In this document: piece after piece, positions 42,883 to 53,513 of the stretch
How positions within the stretch are numbered: position 1 is the stretch's first letter
How the letters are laid out: each line of letters starts with the position of its first letter
IMG/VR virus record: IMGVR_UViG_3300037067_026376
Location: 17,698-81,697 of that record
Length of the DNA stretch: 64,000 bases
DNA from: a virus
Taxonomy: Duplodnaviria > Caudoviricetes
Reading direction: 5' to 3' (one strand)
Notes under the pieces: generated by a model
Database searches by the model: none
What the model was told of the DNA's origin: nothing
The model's input: the letters and a program-made list of their open reading frames with translations, nothing else
Program-made: the position numbers and the translations under genes

Positions 42883-44340
42883 ATGGCGACTGATACCAAT
42901 TTAATAATTTTTAATCAAAGACATCCTGAATTAAAAAATAAACAAGATAATTGGAAGCTTATTTACGATAGTTATATCGGCGGTTTACAATTCAAGAATG
43001 GTAATTATCTTATTCAATATCCCAAAGAAAGTAACGGATCGTTCGCTAAGAGAAAAGAAAGGGCGGTTTATCCCAATCAGATGTCTCCGGTAGTGGATAT
43101 GCTTAGCGGCCTTTTATTTCTAAATGAACCCATACGCACGATTCCGAAAGAACTTAATTATCTCCTCGATCAGGTTTCGGGAAAGAAAAAACTTAATGAG
43201 TTTATGAGGATTGTTGCCGCCCATTCCTTTATGTTTACCTGCGGCATCCTTGTAGATTCTCCCGATTTTAATCCCGATATAATTCGCACAAAAAAAGACA
43301 GGCTTGATAATGGAGTAAATCCTTACGCAATTTTGTATCTTCCTTTTAAGATAAGGGATTTCGATATAAATTCTCATGATGGAGAACTGAATTGGGTGAT
43401 CCTTGATAATTCATATCGAAGCCATCCCGATCCATTTGCCGTGGGCAAAGATATCGTTAAATATACGTTATGGACGAGAGAATATTGTCAGCATTTTATT
43501 TTAGTCGATAATAAAGCTGTTGTGCCGGAGGAACCGCGCCCGCATAAAATAGGTTATGTTCCTTTTAATTTCATAAGCTGGCGTGACGACAATAACGACT
43601 TCATAGGAGAAACCGTTTGTGAAGACATTGCTATGATTTGCAAACTTATATATAACAATATGAGTTATATGGACGAGATGCTGGCATCGGGTACATTTAA
43701 AATGTTGGTTTATCCCAGCAAAGACGGCAAGGCTCCGGTTAGTCTTATCAATGGCGGAGTCGGCCCGTTGTCTATTATTCCTGTCGACATAGATGCGAAA
43801 TTTTCTCCGGGTTTTATTGGGGCGAATCTTACAGAGATAGATCCCTTTATCAATGCCATAGAATTTTATATGTCCGAGGTAATGAAAAAAGTAGGGTTAT
43901 CCACAGATGAAACGAAAGAGTTTGTCAAGTCCGGAGTCGCCAAAGAAATAGATTTTCAGAAGATGAGGGCGTTGCTTCAATCCGGAGCGCTGATGATGGG
44001 AAGGGCAGAGGAATGGATATTCCGGACTGCTTCAAGGTGGGAAAACAGAACTATAAAAGGAAACGCGATCAAATCTGAATACACTTCTGCTTTTTCTTCA
44101 AAGGATTTGCAAACGGAAGTCACGATGCTTAACGAACTCTTAATGCACCCCGTTAAGAGATTACAACAGGAGACGTTAAAACTTCTCGTAAAAAAACAGT
44201 TGGCGAATGATTTAAAGCCTGATATATTACAATTGATCTATGATGAAATAGATAAGAGTAAAACGATAATTGAGAATAAAGTAGATGTAATGTCCGCTTC
44301 ATCAGTTATCAAAGAAGAGAATCAAAATAACAAGAAATAG
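42883..44340 (+). CDS. portal protein
   Basis: Follows TerL; W..I.DSYIGG...YL.QYPKE....F..R..RA.Y.N pattern; SGVAKEIDF. Confidence 0.8.
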   Translation: MATDTNLIIFNQRHPELKNKQDNWKLIYDSYIGGLQFKNGNYLIQYPKESNGSFAKRKERAVYPNQMSPVVDMLSGLLFLNEPIRTIPKELNYLLDQVSGKKKLNEFMRIVAAHSFMFTCGILVDSPDFNPDIIRTKKDRLDNGVNPYAILYLPFKIRDFDINSHDGELNWVILDNSYRSHPDPFAVGKDIVKYTLWTREYCQHFILVDNKAVVPEEPRPHKIGYVPFNFISWRDDNNDFIGETVCEDIAMICKLIYNNMSYMDEMLASGTFKMLVYPSKDGKAPVSLINGGVGPLSIIPVDIDAKFSPGFIGANLTEIDPFINAIEFYMSEVMKKVGLSTDETKEFVKSGVAKEIDFQKMRALLQSGALMMGRAEEWIFRTASRWENRTIKGNAIKSEYTSAFSSKDLQTEVTMLNELLMHPVKRLQQETLKLLVKKQLANDLKPDILQLIYDEIDKSKTIIENKVDVMSASSVIKEENQNNKK

Positions 44341-44348
44341 GAGAGTTT

Positions 44349-45191
44349 ATGAGAGTTAAGAATTTCAGATTTTTTCAGCAGTTATTAAATTTATTTTTCT
44401 TTGTAAGGTGTTGGGCTGAAGATCCAAATAATCCAGGAGGCGGCGGAGGAGGAGATGAACTTAAATTTAGCGGAAAATTTGCGGAGATTCCAGATCCAAA
44501 GTCAGGGAATAAAATAAAAGTTCCGGAGGAAATTGCTGCATCCATTAAAGAGATAATTGGTCATTCCATCGCCACGACAAGGGAAAAGGTAAAAGAGGAA
44601 TTTAATCCTTTATTGGAGAGCCTTAAAAGTGATAACGCGGATTTGAATAAGATCCGGGAGGAGTATGATAAATTAAAAGAAGCTAGCATGACAGCGGAGC
44701 AGAGGGCAGAAGCCAATGCGGCAAAAGCGATCAAAGAACACGAGAAGGCCGCGAATTCAGCAAGAGAAGACTTGAAGAAATGGAAAAGCTTATTTGAAAA
44801 ATCAACGATAAGAACTGATATTTTCAGCGCTTTCGGGGATGCGAAGTTATTTAACCCGGGGCAGGTATCCTTACTTTTTGAAAGCGAAGGGAAGGCTAAA
44901 ATATCCGAAAAAGTAGATGGCGAAGGAAAGCCTACGGGAGAATTTGAAACTATAGTTACCCTAACACTTGAGGATAAAGACGGTAAGCCTGAAGTGGTAG
45001 AAGGCACTCCGGGAGAGTTATTTAAGAGATGGATCGAACTTGAACGTAATTTTTATCTGCGTCAGGTAGATTTGTCCCCGGGCGGAGGATCACCTCCGGC
45101 GAACAAGGGGAATTATGGAAGGGTGGAGTGGGATAAATTGAAACCTTCCGATAGATTAACAAAAGCAAGAGAACAAGGTGTTAAGAGATAA
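44349..45191 (+). CDS. capsid scaffolding protein
   Basis: Coiled-coil protein between portal and capsid; C-terminal PGGGSPP. Confidence 0.7.
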   Translation: MRVKNFRFFQQLLNLFFFVRCWAEDPNNPGGGGGGDELKFSGKFAEIPDPKSGNKIKVPEEIAASIKEIIGHSIATTREKVKEEFNPLLESLKSDNADLNKIREEYDKLKEASMTAEQRAEANAAKAIKEHEKAANSAREDLKKWKSLFEKSTIRTDIFSAFGDAKLFNPGQVSLLFESEGKAKISEKVDGEGKPTGEFETIVTLTLEDKDGKPEVVEGTPGELFKRWIELERNFYLRQVDLSPGGGSPPANKGNYGRVEWDKLKPSDRLTKAREQGVKR

Positions 45192-45245
45192 ATAGATAAG
45201 AGAGAGTCGAAATAAATCTTTTGTTGCCATCAGGAGGAAATTGAT

Positions 45246-46178
45246 ATGGCATTAACATTAGTAGAAGCTGCGAAGATTTATTCAGGAGATCCGATTCGTT
45301 CCGCTATTATAGAAATGTTCGCTTCATCTTCAGATCTTCTTAGGGAACTCCCTATCGAGACTATTGAAGGTACGGCCATGAGATACAATAGGGAGGAAAC
45401 TCTTCCTGGTATCGGATTCAGGGGCGTAAATGAAGCCTTTACGGAAGGGACGGGTATTATTAATCCAATGACGGAACCGCTGGTTATTGCCGGTGGAGAC
45501 TTGGATGTTGACAGGTTTATCGTCCAGAGAATGGGCGCGGGTATGCGTTCAACTCATGAGATGATGAAGGTAAAGGCTCTTGCCCTTAAATGGACAGAGA
45601 CTTTTATAAAAGGAGATCAGACTTCAGAACCAAGAGAATTTGATGGTCTGCAGGTAAGATGTACAGGTAATCAACTTATTCCGAATGGCACTACCAACAA
45701 CGGAGATCCGCTATCATTGGCGAAATTGGACGAGTTGATTGACGCTGTTGATAATCCTACTCATTTGCTTATGAGCAAAGCAATGAGGAGAAGGTTGTCT
45801 GCTGCTGCTCGTCTGTACAATGTTGGTGGATACGTTACTTATGAACTTGATGCTTTCGGCAGAAGGGTTACATATTACAACGATCTTCCTATTCTTATTG
45901 TTGATAAAGATAACGAGAATAATGACATCTTACCCTTCACTGAAGTGTCGAACAATGCAAGCGCGGGAGCCAAAGCTACATCGATATACTGCGTAAGTTT
46001 TGGTGAAGGTATGTTTACCGGGATACAGGGCGGAGATATTGATGTAAGAGATCTCGGGGAAGTTGATGACTCACCGGTTTACAGAACAAGGGTGGAATGG
46101 GATTGCGGTATCGCAATATTCCATGGCAGAGCTGCGGCGAGGTTATGGTCAATCTCTGACGCTGCGGTAGTGGTATAA
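45246..46178 (+). CDS. major capsid protein
   Basis: MALTLVEAAK, YNREETLPGIGFRGVNE, GGDLDVDRFI, EFDGL, RVEWDCGIA; strong RBS AGGAGG. Confidence 0.88.
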   Translation: MALTLVEAAKIYSGDPIRSAIIEMFASSSDLLRELPIETIEGTAMRYNREETLPGIGFRGVNEAFTEGTGIINPMTEPLVIAGGDLDVDRFIVQRMGAGMRSTHEMMKVKALALKWTETFIKGDQTSEPREFDGLQVRCTGNQLIPNGTTNNGDPLSLAKLDELIDAVDNPTHLLMSKAMRRRLSAAARLYNVGGYVTYELDAFGRRVTYYNDLPILIVDKDNENNDILPFTEVSNNASAGAKATSIYCVSFGEGMFTGIQGGDIDVRDLGEVDDSPVYRTRVEWDCGIAIFHGRAAARLWSISDAAVVV

Positions 46179-46190
46179 GGGAGGAATGAC

Positions 46191-46634
46191 ATGAGTACAA
46201 ACAGAAAAACAATGACTTATGATCATGCACTCTTATTGCATGACGGAGCAGTCGTTACCGGTAATGTTGCCGGTAACATCGCTGCGGTAGCTAAAGTGCT
46301 CGACCTCGGCGAAGGATTAGTAGAGGGAGATATCGTAGTAGATGTTTCCGCAATTGACGTAGATCAGGGGGATGAAGCCGTTACTATTGGAGTGGAAATC
46401 AGCAGTGTTGCTGCCTTTACCTCTGATTATTATCGTGTAGCATCGCTACAGATTGGAGATGCTGCTGTCATTACCGGAGATGTAGATATGACGACAGGGA
46501 GATACATCATACCTTTCAGAAATGAAATTGCAAACGGAGTACAGAAGCGCTATCTAAGGTTGTATTTCAATGAAGTTGGAACCACAACCACTTTCGATTG
46601 CATAGCATATCTTGTAAAAAGAAGCAATGTATAA
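46191..46634 (+). CDS. capsid decoration/cement protein (paralogue A)
   Basis: beta-rich, directly after the MCP; LDLG...RYLRLY. Confidence 0.6.
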   Translation: MSTNRKTMTYDHALLLHDGAVVTGNVAGNIAAVAKVLDLGEGLVEGDIVVDVSAIDVDQGDEAVTIGVEISSVAAFTSDYYRVASLQIGDAAVITGDVDMTTGRYIIPFRNEIANGVQKRYLRLYFNEVGTTTTFDCIAYLVKRSNV

Positions 46635-46646
46635 GCGAGGGAAAAA

Positions 46647-47099
46647 ATGAGCGAAAGAGCAAGAAAAACTTATGATGTTGATCTTGAATTAAAAGATGCC
46701 GGAGCGATTGCTGCTTCGGCAGCCGCTTTGGTAGATGCTGCCGCCAAGATTCTCGATCTTGGGACAGGAACTGTGGAGGGAGACATCATAATAGATGTCT
46801 CTGCCATGGAAGTTGCATCGGATGATGAGAAATACATCATACATGCCGAAGTAAGTTCAAGCGCGACATTTGCGTCTGATATTTATGCGGTGGCAAGTTT
46901 AATCCTGGGATCTTCAGGAACTGCGGAATGGGATAATATTCCGGGCGATGCCGATATGTATATAGGCAGGTACGTTTTACCCTTCAGAAATGAAATCGTG
47001 AATGGAATTCCAAAGCGTTACATGAGGCTTTATACTGAAGTAAGCGGGTCCATAGTGACAGGTATAAATTATACCGCATATTTATCAAAGAGAAATTAA
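46647..47099 (+). CDS. capsid decoration/cement protein (paralogue B)
   Basis: Aligns end to end with 46191-46634. Confidence 0.6.
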   Translation: MSERARKTYDVDLELKDAGAIAASAAALVDAAAKILDLGTGTVEGDIIIDVSAMEVASDDEKYIIHAEVSSSATFASDIYAVASLILGSSGTAEWDNIPGDADMYIGRYVLPFRNEIVNGIPKRYMRLYTEVSGSIVTGINYTAYLSKRN

Positions 47100-47127
47100 C
47101 AAATCCTTGATTTGATGATTTAAAATA

Positions 47128-47154
47128 TTCCCCTATTCTTTAGGGGAAGTTTTT
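47128..47154 (+). terminator. intrinsic terminator after capsid genes
   Basis: TTCCCCTA-TTCTT-TAGGGGAA-GTTTTT. Confidence 0.55.
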
Positions 47155-47181
47155 AAGATATTAAATAACAAGGAGAAAGAA

Positions 47182-47616
47182 ATGAGATATCGTAGGAATG
47201 CAAATGGAAAAATCATTCTTAAAGATAGGAATGGGAAAGAAGTGGCTTTTCAGTTTTCCGTTGATGTGAATGAGGCTCTCAGAGCTAAAGGTGTGAACGG
47301 GGAATGTCCTTATACTATTCCGAAAAGTTCTGTCATAGGGATAGCCGAGGAAATGGCAGAGGATAAGGCCAAAAAAAATATCAATAACAGAAAAAAAATA
47401 AAAACTACTTCCGGGGAAAATATCCCTGACGAATTTTTCGAAGATGAAGACCCTCTTGATGAAAATTTCGTAGGAGTGGATCCATCAAAAGATAATTTTG
47501 AGGATGACGAAAAAGCTCTGGACAAGTTAGGGCTTGAAGATCTTAACGAAGAAGCAGCAGTTCCAGTAGCGGATGCGCCGAAGGCAAGAGGAAGAAAACC
47601 ATCTGTTAAGGAATAA
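47182..47616 (+). CDS. hypothetical protein
   Basis: 144 aa, acidic C-terminal half; RBS AAGGAG. Confidence 0.6.
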   Translation: MRYRRNANGKIILKDRNGKEVAFQFSVDVNEALRAKGVNGECPYTIPKSSVIGIAEEMAEDKAKKNINNRKKIKTTSGENIPDEFFEDEDPLDENFVGVDPSKDNFEDDEKALDKLGLEDLNEEAAVPVADAPKARGRKPSVKE

Positions 47617-47660
47617 TATGCCTCGATTTTTGTGATCCGTATTTGGACTGAGATAAGATA

Positions 47661-48182
47661 ATGTTAAGTGAAACCTATACAATCGAAGATATAAAATCAA
47701 GACTGAAGAAAACGTATGATTATTATGATTATGCTTCTGATGATGAATTTGAATCTGATTTGAATCTGGTAGTAGAAGATGTAATGTTATCTTATTTTTA
47801 CCCCAAAATAGGCAAAACCAGATATGACGAAATAGCAGTGAAGGATAAAACCGGCATTGATTTTGACAGTTATCCCTCTGAATTATATCTCTATTGGGCT
47901 GAGGTATGGACCGTATGTTATGAGTTCAATAAGTATAAAACCATGACGGAGAATCAGCAACGGAATAGTTCTGACGAGAGTTTGAAGGTTGAGGGATATT
48001 CCTATACAACGAAAGAAAGCAGTTCATCTTCTAAGGCGGACAAAGCCGTAACTGATTTTTGGGATAAGGCCATGACTTATTGGAAAAATGCGGGTTTTGA
48101 CATATACGGGCTACAAAGAACGTGCACTATCTTTGGCGCTGATGATAATTATCTGAATGATAAAAGGACAATAATAGAGTGA
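47661..48182 (+). CDS. head-tail adaptor (putative)
   Basis: Position; SLKVEGYSYT strand typical of adaptors. Confidence 0.55.
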   Translation: MLSETYTIEDIKSRLKKTYDYYDYASDDEFESDLNLVVEDVMLSYFYPKIGKTRYDEIAVKDKTGIDFDSYPSELYLYWAEVWTVCYEFNKYKTMTENQQRNSSDESLKVEGYSYTTKESSSSSKADKAVTDFWDKAMTYWKNAGFDIYGLQRTCTIFGADDNYLNDKRTIIE

Positions 48183-49198
48183 TACCTTATGTTGACATAT
48201 ATATTAAGAGTCCTGTAAATTTTTATGAAGAATATGAACTGACTGAAGATGAATTATCCTGGTTATTTCTGATGTTCGAAGAAGGTAACGGCCAGGATGC
48301 TACTGATATATTTATCCAACAATTTATACTTCCTCCCTCCACGAAGTATCAAGATGTTATCTTATCATATATGGGTGTAATCGATTCCGGGCTATTAGAG
48401 CAAAAAGAAGAGAATAAATTAGTCCGAAATATAACTCTTTTATCTCTTGGTTTAATAGCTCTTTTAAAAGATAATTATTCAAAATATATTAAATCCGTAT
48501 ATGCGCCTCAGATATTCAAGAATAATAATCTTGATAATGCCGGAGTGAAAGATAAAATAATCGATGAAGTATTATCTAAATTTGATGAATCTATACAAGC
48601 CACGTTTTCGCAATCGGATATTTTTATTGTAAATAGTATCAGGACGCTGCAGCGGGAAATGTTGGCGGAGAATTTTAGGTTAATGAAGACAAAAGTACCT
48701 GAAGAAGCTATGGACGTAATGATAAAAAGATTCAAGGCCTCTTTGAGGAATAAATATCCAGAAATATATAAGGCAATGGAAGAGGGCAATATCATTGTAA
48801 CGTCGAGGATGACCGATACCGGAATAAAATTCATGCATTTTAAAATAGACTATTATGTCGATATGAGCGTCAGAACCACATTATTAAACGCGGATAGAAC
48901 TACGGTAGAAATAATGGCGCTTGCAAACGATGAGAAAATTGTTGAATACTATTTAAGTGATAATCGCGCAGTAAATAAAGATAGGGATATATGTCAGAAA
49001 ATTTTGAGTAATAAAATATATGGGATGAGCTTATTAGCTACTGATGATATTACTGCAAAAAAATTAGGAATTTATTCAATTCAAGAAGCGAAGTCAACTC
49101 CGGATTATATTTTCTCTTATGGGTGCCGCCATAATATTAGAAGACTGCCTCGAGATTTTTTGAATAGAATCGATGAATTATTAAAAGAGGCAGCATAA
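48179..49198 (+). CDS. minor capsid/head morphogenesis protein (gpF/gp7-like)
   Basis: YYVDMSVRTT...CQ...FSYGCRHNI resembles the HPNCRH motif. Confidence 0.6.
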   Translation: MIPYVDIYIKSPVNFYEEYELTEDELSWLFLMFEEGNGQDATDIFIQQFILPPSTKYQDVILSYMGVIDSGLLEQKEENKLVRNITLLSLGLIALLKDNYSKYIKSVYAPQIFKNNNLDNAGVKDKIIDEVLSKFDESIQATFSQSDIFIVNSIRTLQREMLAENFRLMKTKVPEEAMDVMIKRFKASLRNKYPEIYKAMEEGNIIVTSRMTDTGIKFMHFKIDYYVDMSVRTTLLNADRTTVEIMALANDEKIVEYYLSDNRAVNKDRDICQKILSNKIYGMSLLATDDITAKKLGIYSIQEAKSTPDYIFSYGCRHNIRRLPRDFLNRIDELLKEAA

Positions 49199-49611
49199 TG
49201 GCAATTGATAACGCAATGACGGCTTCCGCTCTACTTCGCGCACAGACTCATGTAATGAATGTTTGCGCTCAGGGTTCAGATATCGAACTTATAAAACCTG
49301 CGACTTCTACGGCGAAGGATGAATTTGGAACCATCATAACTTCATCGCATCTCGACTTAAAAGCATTTCCGGTAAGATTCGCTCCGTTTAGTGCGGATGT
49401 AATGCAAAAAATAACATGGGTGGAGAATGTTGATATATTATGTTATGTGTCGAAACTTGCCGTTGATAATATGTCAGTTACGTTGAAACAATTGAAGAAA
49501 AAATATTCACAATTAAGATGTGATAATGTTCTTTATGAAAGAAGATACATAGAATATTACAGCGCTTTTGCCGGGGATTGGCTTTATATTGTGATCGGCG
49601 GTTCTAAATAA
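49198..49611 (+). CDS. head closure protein (putative)
   Basis: Position and size; KDEFG motif. Confidence 0.5.
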   Translation: MAIDNAMTASALLRAQTHVMNVCAQGSDIELIKPATSTAKDEFGTIITSSHLDLKAFPVRFAPFSADVMQKITWVENVDILCYVSKLAVDNMSVTLKQLKKKYSQLRCDNVLYERRYIEYYSAFAGDWLYIVIGGSK

Positions 49612-50243
49612 TGAATATTGGAGTTAAGATAAACGAAAAGGATATAAATGATCTTGCGAAGGAATTAAAAAAAATAGGGAAGATTATAGGATCCACAAAT
49701 CTTCAGCTTCATCGCGCTAAAAGATTCAAAGATTATACCGTGGAAATGCTTTCAGGCAAAGGGGTGGATATTAATCCGATAAGCGACGCTACAAGAGCCA
49801 TTCAGGGCGGCGATCATAATCCTTTATATAATACCGGAGATCTTGCGCGAAAAATGGGGGTTAGACCTGTTAAGGGTAATGCTGCCGAAGCCGGTTATTT
49901 TGAAAATAGTCCCTTGATCCCGGACAAAGATATTACTTATACCAGGGCTGCCATATTAGCTCATACAGGCTATAGAATTCCGGCCTCGGCAGAATTAGGG
50001 GGCAGGGAGGGAGAAAAAGGAGCCAAAGTCAGGGCATGGCTTCATGATAAGGGAATTCATTTAAAGAAAAGTACACATTGGCTTATCGTACCTGCCCGTC
50101 CGTTTATGCTTAGGAGTTATCTGCAATATATGATGTCGGGTGAGGATATGAAGGCGGTTGATGAATTTTTAGAAAAAATGATGACGGCGCCTATGTCGGA
50201 CGCGAATGCAGCGGATCCTTTAAAAATGGCAGGTGAAATATAA
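49611..50243 (+). CDS. neck/tail completion protein
   Basis: PLYNTGDL...AHTG...IVPARPFM motifs. Confidence 0.65.
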   Translation: MNIGVKINEKDINDLAKELKKIGKIIGSTNLQLHRAKRFKDYTVEMLSGKGVDINPISDATRAIQGGDHNPLYNTGDLARKMGVRPVKGNAAEAGYFENSPLIPDKDITYTRAAILAHTGYRIPASAELGGREGEKGAKVRAWLHDKGIHLKKSTHWLIVPARPFMLRSYLQYMMSGEDMKAVDEFLEKMMTAPMSDANAADPLKMAGEI

Positions 50244-51334
50244 TGGCATTTACAGAATTCGCAGCTCAGGTGTTTACACCTTCGAGTGGATTAGTGACCA
50301 TATCTAATAATCTAGATACGTCTATTGATGGTTCTTCTAAAAAGATGATATTTGAATCTGAAAACGAATCCGTTACTCTTTCCTTTACAGCTATTGATTT
50401 GTCAGACTGGGAAGAAATCTCCTTTCATGTTTTCCTGAAGGATCAAATGACAGATGGCGATATCTTTCGTTTTACAATAGATGGAACAAATTATGACTTC
50501 TCCCGGGACGATTTAAGGACTGGAAAATGGACTCATATTCTTCTCAATTGCGTGGAGATGGGAACTATATCTTCGATTGTGATTACCAGTCTTGTTGCAG
50601 ATCTGACGTTAATGATAGATTACATAGGATATAGAAGGGTTACATATACCTCTGCAGAAGATGTCATCAAAGCATTAAAAGATCACATCAATCTTGATTA
50701 TGATTATTCAACCACGCTTTCCGCCGATGTGGAAGCCGGTGATGAGGAAATCGCTCTTACCGATACTGATTCTGAATATATAACAGATACTTCTGTTTTA
50801 GAAATAGATGACGGCGGAAGCGTAACAGAGACAGTGGAATTGAATTCCAGATCCGGGGAATTATCGGCAGCCATTGTAAACCCATTCTCATCCGGAGATG
50901 AGGTACGCGTACTTTGCCCTGTAAGAGGGGAGGATTATGATAGTGCGGAACCGGATCCTATCTGCGGGATAAAAGTGTATGATATTACTCCCATGAAAGA
51001 AGACACGATAATGACGGCAAAAAATGGAGTTAAATTAAAACAATATCTTGCAAATTTAGGAATTTTGATTTATATTGATTGTAAAAGCAAGACAAAATTA
51101 AGTCAGCTTATAATGGAGTTTAATTTTAAATATGGAGAGGAATTTCAGTTCCTGCTCGATGGGGAGAGAGTAGATATATATCTGGAGACTTCTATATTCG
51201 CGGACAAGGAAAAGATCGGCAATAATCCCAGGATGGCGTATTATTACAGGTTGCAGCCTCAGCCTTATTTATTAGTTGACTTCGGCTATATAGATGATTT
51301 AACATTAACAGTAGAATCATTAGGTGTAGAATAA
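50243..51334 (+). CDS. virion structural protein (tail terminator-like, with extra domains)
   Basis: Position before the sheath; acidic, beta-rich. Confidence 0.4.
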   Translation: MAFTEFAAQVFTPSSGLVTISNNLDTSIDGSSKKMIFESENESVTLSFTAIDLSDWEEISFHVFLKDQMTDGDIFRFTIDGTNYDFSRDDLRTGKWTHILLNCVEMGTISSIVITSLVADLTLMIDYIGYRRVTYTSAEDVIKALKDHINLDYDYSTTLSADVEAGDEEIALTDTDSEYITDTSVLEIDDGGSVTETVELNSRSGELSAAIVNPFSSGDEVRVLCPVRGEDYDSAEPDPICGIKVYDITPMKEDTIMTAKNGVKLKQYLANLGILIYIDCKSKTKLSQLIMEFNFKYGEEFQFLLDGERVDIYLETSIFADKEKIGNNPRMAYYYRLQPQPYLLVDFGYIDDLTLTVESLGVE

Positions 51335-51335
51335 T

Positions 51336-51656
51336 ATGAAAATGAAATTCAAAAACAAAACATCAGAACCTCAGCAAATAAATTTAATCGACGGCTCTGC
51401 CATTAAAGTAGACTCTCTCGAGGAGACTACTATTGATTCATGGAATATATACAAGGAAGAGAAAGAGAGAACGAAAATATTCTTTGATGTATCTTTTGAG
51501 CATTCATCTCCGGTTATAGATAAAGATGAATACAAGGAATTGATACAGGACTTTGTAAAAGAGGACAAACCTAAAAGAACTTATAATCGCAGAAAGAGAG
51601 AAGAAAAGATTGAAGAAGAGTCTGAAGATATAAATAATTTTAGTACGGAGGAATAA
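51336..51656 (+). CDS. hypothetical protein
   Basis: 106 aa, before the sheath. Confidence 0.55.
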   Translation: MKMKFKNKTSEPQQINLIDGSAIKVDSLEETTIDSWNIYKEEKERTKIFFDVSFEHSSPVIDKDEYKELIQDFVKEDKPKRTYNRRKREEKIEEESEDINNFSTEE

Positions 51657-51659
51657 ATT

Positions 51660-53459
51660 ATGGGATACGGCGCAAGAGCACAGCGTGTTCCGGCGAGAGG
51701 CGGTTCCGCTTTATCTGATATTGATATTTTTAAGATAGCTTTGCTATGCAAGACAGAACGTGGAATTGTGGATGCCAGCGGATTACCAATTGTCCATGAT
51801 GAAATCTACAGCATGAATGATTTCTATAAGAAATGCGGAGGTTTTAATTCATCTTATTATGGAGGTTACGTTCTTCAATCCTTTTACGATGAACTTGAAG
51901 ATAGTATAAATTGCGAGTCGAAGGTTTTAAGTTTTGTCGATGCCGCGGCGGCGCAAGCATCATATACTATTCTGGATGGAGCTGGGGATTCCATATTCAC
52001 TATAAAATCAGGCAGAAAAGGTCTTGATGATAAATCTGCGTTTGGGAATAAGATAGCGATTAAGATAACCCATATCGAAGATATTACGATGAAGTTAACC
52101 GCTGAATTGGCAGATGCAGCGACATCTGCGGTTTTAGATAGTGTAGATAATCTTGAAGTAGGCAATTATCTAAAATTCGTAGAAGGCAGCGATGAGGAAG
52201 TCAGAGTAATTACCGGCATAACTCCTTCTACAAAAACAGTAACTTTTGCCGCACTTACGGAATCAGGAGGCTTTTCCGTTTCCGGGACTACAGTAACAAG
52301 ACTGGATTGGAAACTTGAAATTGCCGTAAAAGATGATCTCGGTAGTTATCAAAGGATAGAAAATCCATGGCAATATCCATTCGCTAAATCTGATACTGTT
52401 GGATTGGCAAAATATGTAAATGATACCGAATCCGGTTCGGATTTTGTTGTATTAGCCGTGACTTCAGCGAACGCGAGCGATCCCGATGACCAGTTGCCGG
52501 CAGAGCTTACGACATGGACGGCTCTTACCGGCGGATCAGATGGCGCTGCTCCAAATGACGCGAATTGGAATACATTAGCCGATACTTATCTGGCGGATAG
52601 TGAGTTCGCGATTCTTTTAGCCCCGGAGAGCGTAAGTATCACTCATAATCAGAATATGAGTGGATTCGTAACTGACGGATATAAGGGCATTTATTATGCT
52701 CAGGCCGCAAATGGAGCAACTGAAGATACTCTGAAAAATTTTGGGGCGTCTCTCAGAGGTGGAATAAAATTTGCCATGTTGCCTTGTGATAAATGGATTA
52801 AAGTAAATGATCCCACAAAAATATCTGCCACGAAAGACATTCCTATGACCGGCATCGCAGCGGCGCATTGGTTCAATACTTACTTGAAATTCGGGGAATC
52901 GAAAGTCGCCGCAGGCAATAAATCAGAAATGGTTTTAAAGGCTGCGGGGAAATTGATAGATACAAATGGGCTTGTCCACGATGACAGCCTAGGTGTAGGG
53001 GGAAGATTAATCCGAAATTATAGTGTAAATATTTGCAGGTTTACGAGAGGGAAAGGCATAACGATAAATTCTGCGCGTACATTCTCGACAGATGACGGCT
53101 ATAAATTCCAGAATCAATTGTTCCAGTGGATCCTGTATTCGAGATCAATTGTTGCCTATCTGAAAGGAGTGGAGCAGGACAAATATGCCATCGCAGGTAC
53201 AGGAAGCCATAGAAGAGTGGTCACTTCTTATATGAATAGAAAATATAAGGCTGGGCATTTGTTCCAGGGACAGAAGGAAGACGGGTCTTATACCGAGTTT
53301 AAGGATGTGTGTATCATTGTGAATGATTTCACGATAAATACTCTCGCGAACATAAATAACGGCATAGAAGAAATTTTCTTACAGTTTATTGCCCCGCCAC
53401 CGTTGGAAGAAGTAATACTTTCTCTAGCTTCAGCGGGTGTCACAACTTTATCGAGTTAA
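51660..53459 (+). CDS. contractile tail sheath protein
   Basis: 599 aa; LTGGSDG, INSART, FQG...CIIVNDFTINT...NG...PPPLEEV, sheath-like C-terminus. Confidence 0.85.
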   Translation: MGYGARAQRVPARGGSALSDIDIFKIALLCKTERGIVDASGLPIVHDEIYSMNDFYKKCGGFNSSYYGGYVLQSFYDELEDSINCESKVLSFVDAAAAQASYTILDGAGDSIFTIKSGRKGLDDKSAFGNKIAIKITHIEDITMKLTAELADAATSAVLDSVDNLEVGNYLKFVEGSDEEVRVITGITPSTKTVTFAALTESGGFSVSGTTVTRLDWKLEIAVKDDLGSYQRIENPWQYPFAKSDTVGLAKYVNDTESGSDFVVLAVTSANASDPDDQLPAELTTWTALTGGSDGAAPNDANWNTLADTYLADSEFAILLAPESVSITHNQNMSGFVTDGYKGIYYAQAANGATEDTLKNFGASLRGGIKFAMLPCDKWIKVNDPTKISATKDIPMTGIAAAHWFNTYLKFGESKVAAGNKSEMVLKAAGKLIDTNGLVHDDSLGVGGRLIRNYSVNICRFTRGKGITINSARTFSTDDGYKFQNQLFQWILYSRSIVAYLKGVEQDKYAIAGTGSHRRVVTSYMNRKYKAGHLFQGQKEDGSYTEFKDVCIIVNDFTINTLANINNGIEEIFLQFIAPPPLEEVILSLASAGVTTLSS

Positions 53460-53513
53460 AGATCATGAAAGAAAATTTTATAAATAATTAATGAAATACA
53501 GGAGGAATAAATC

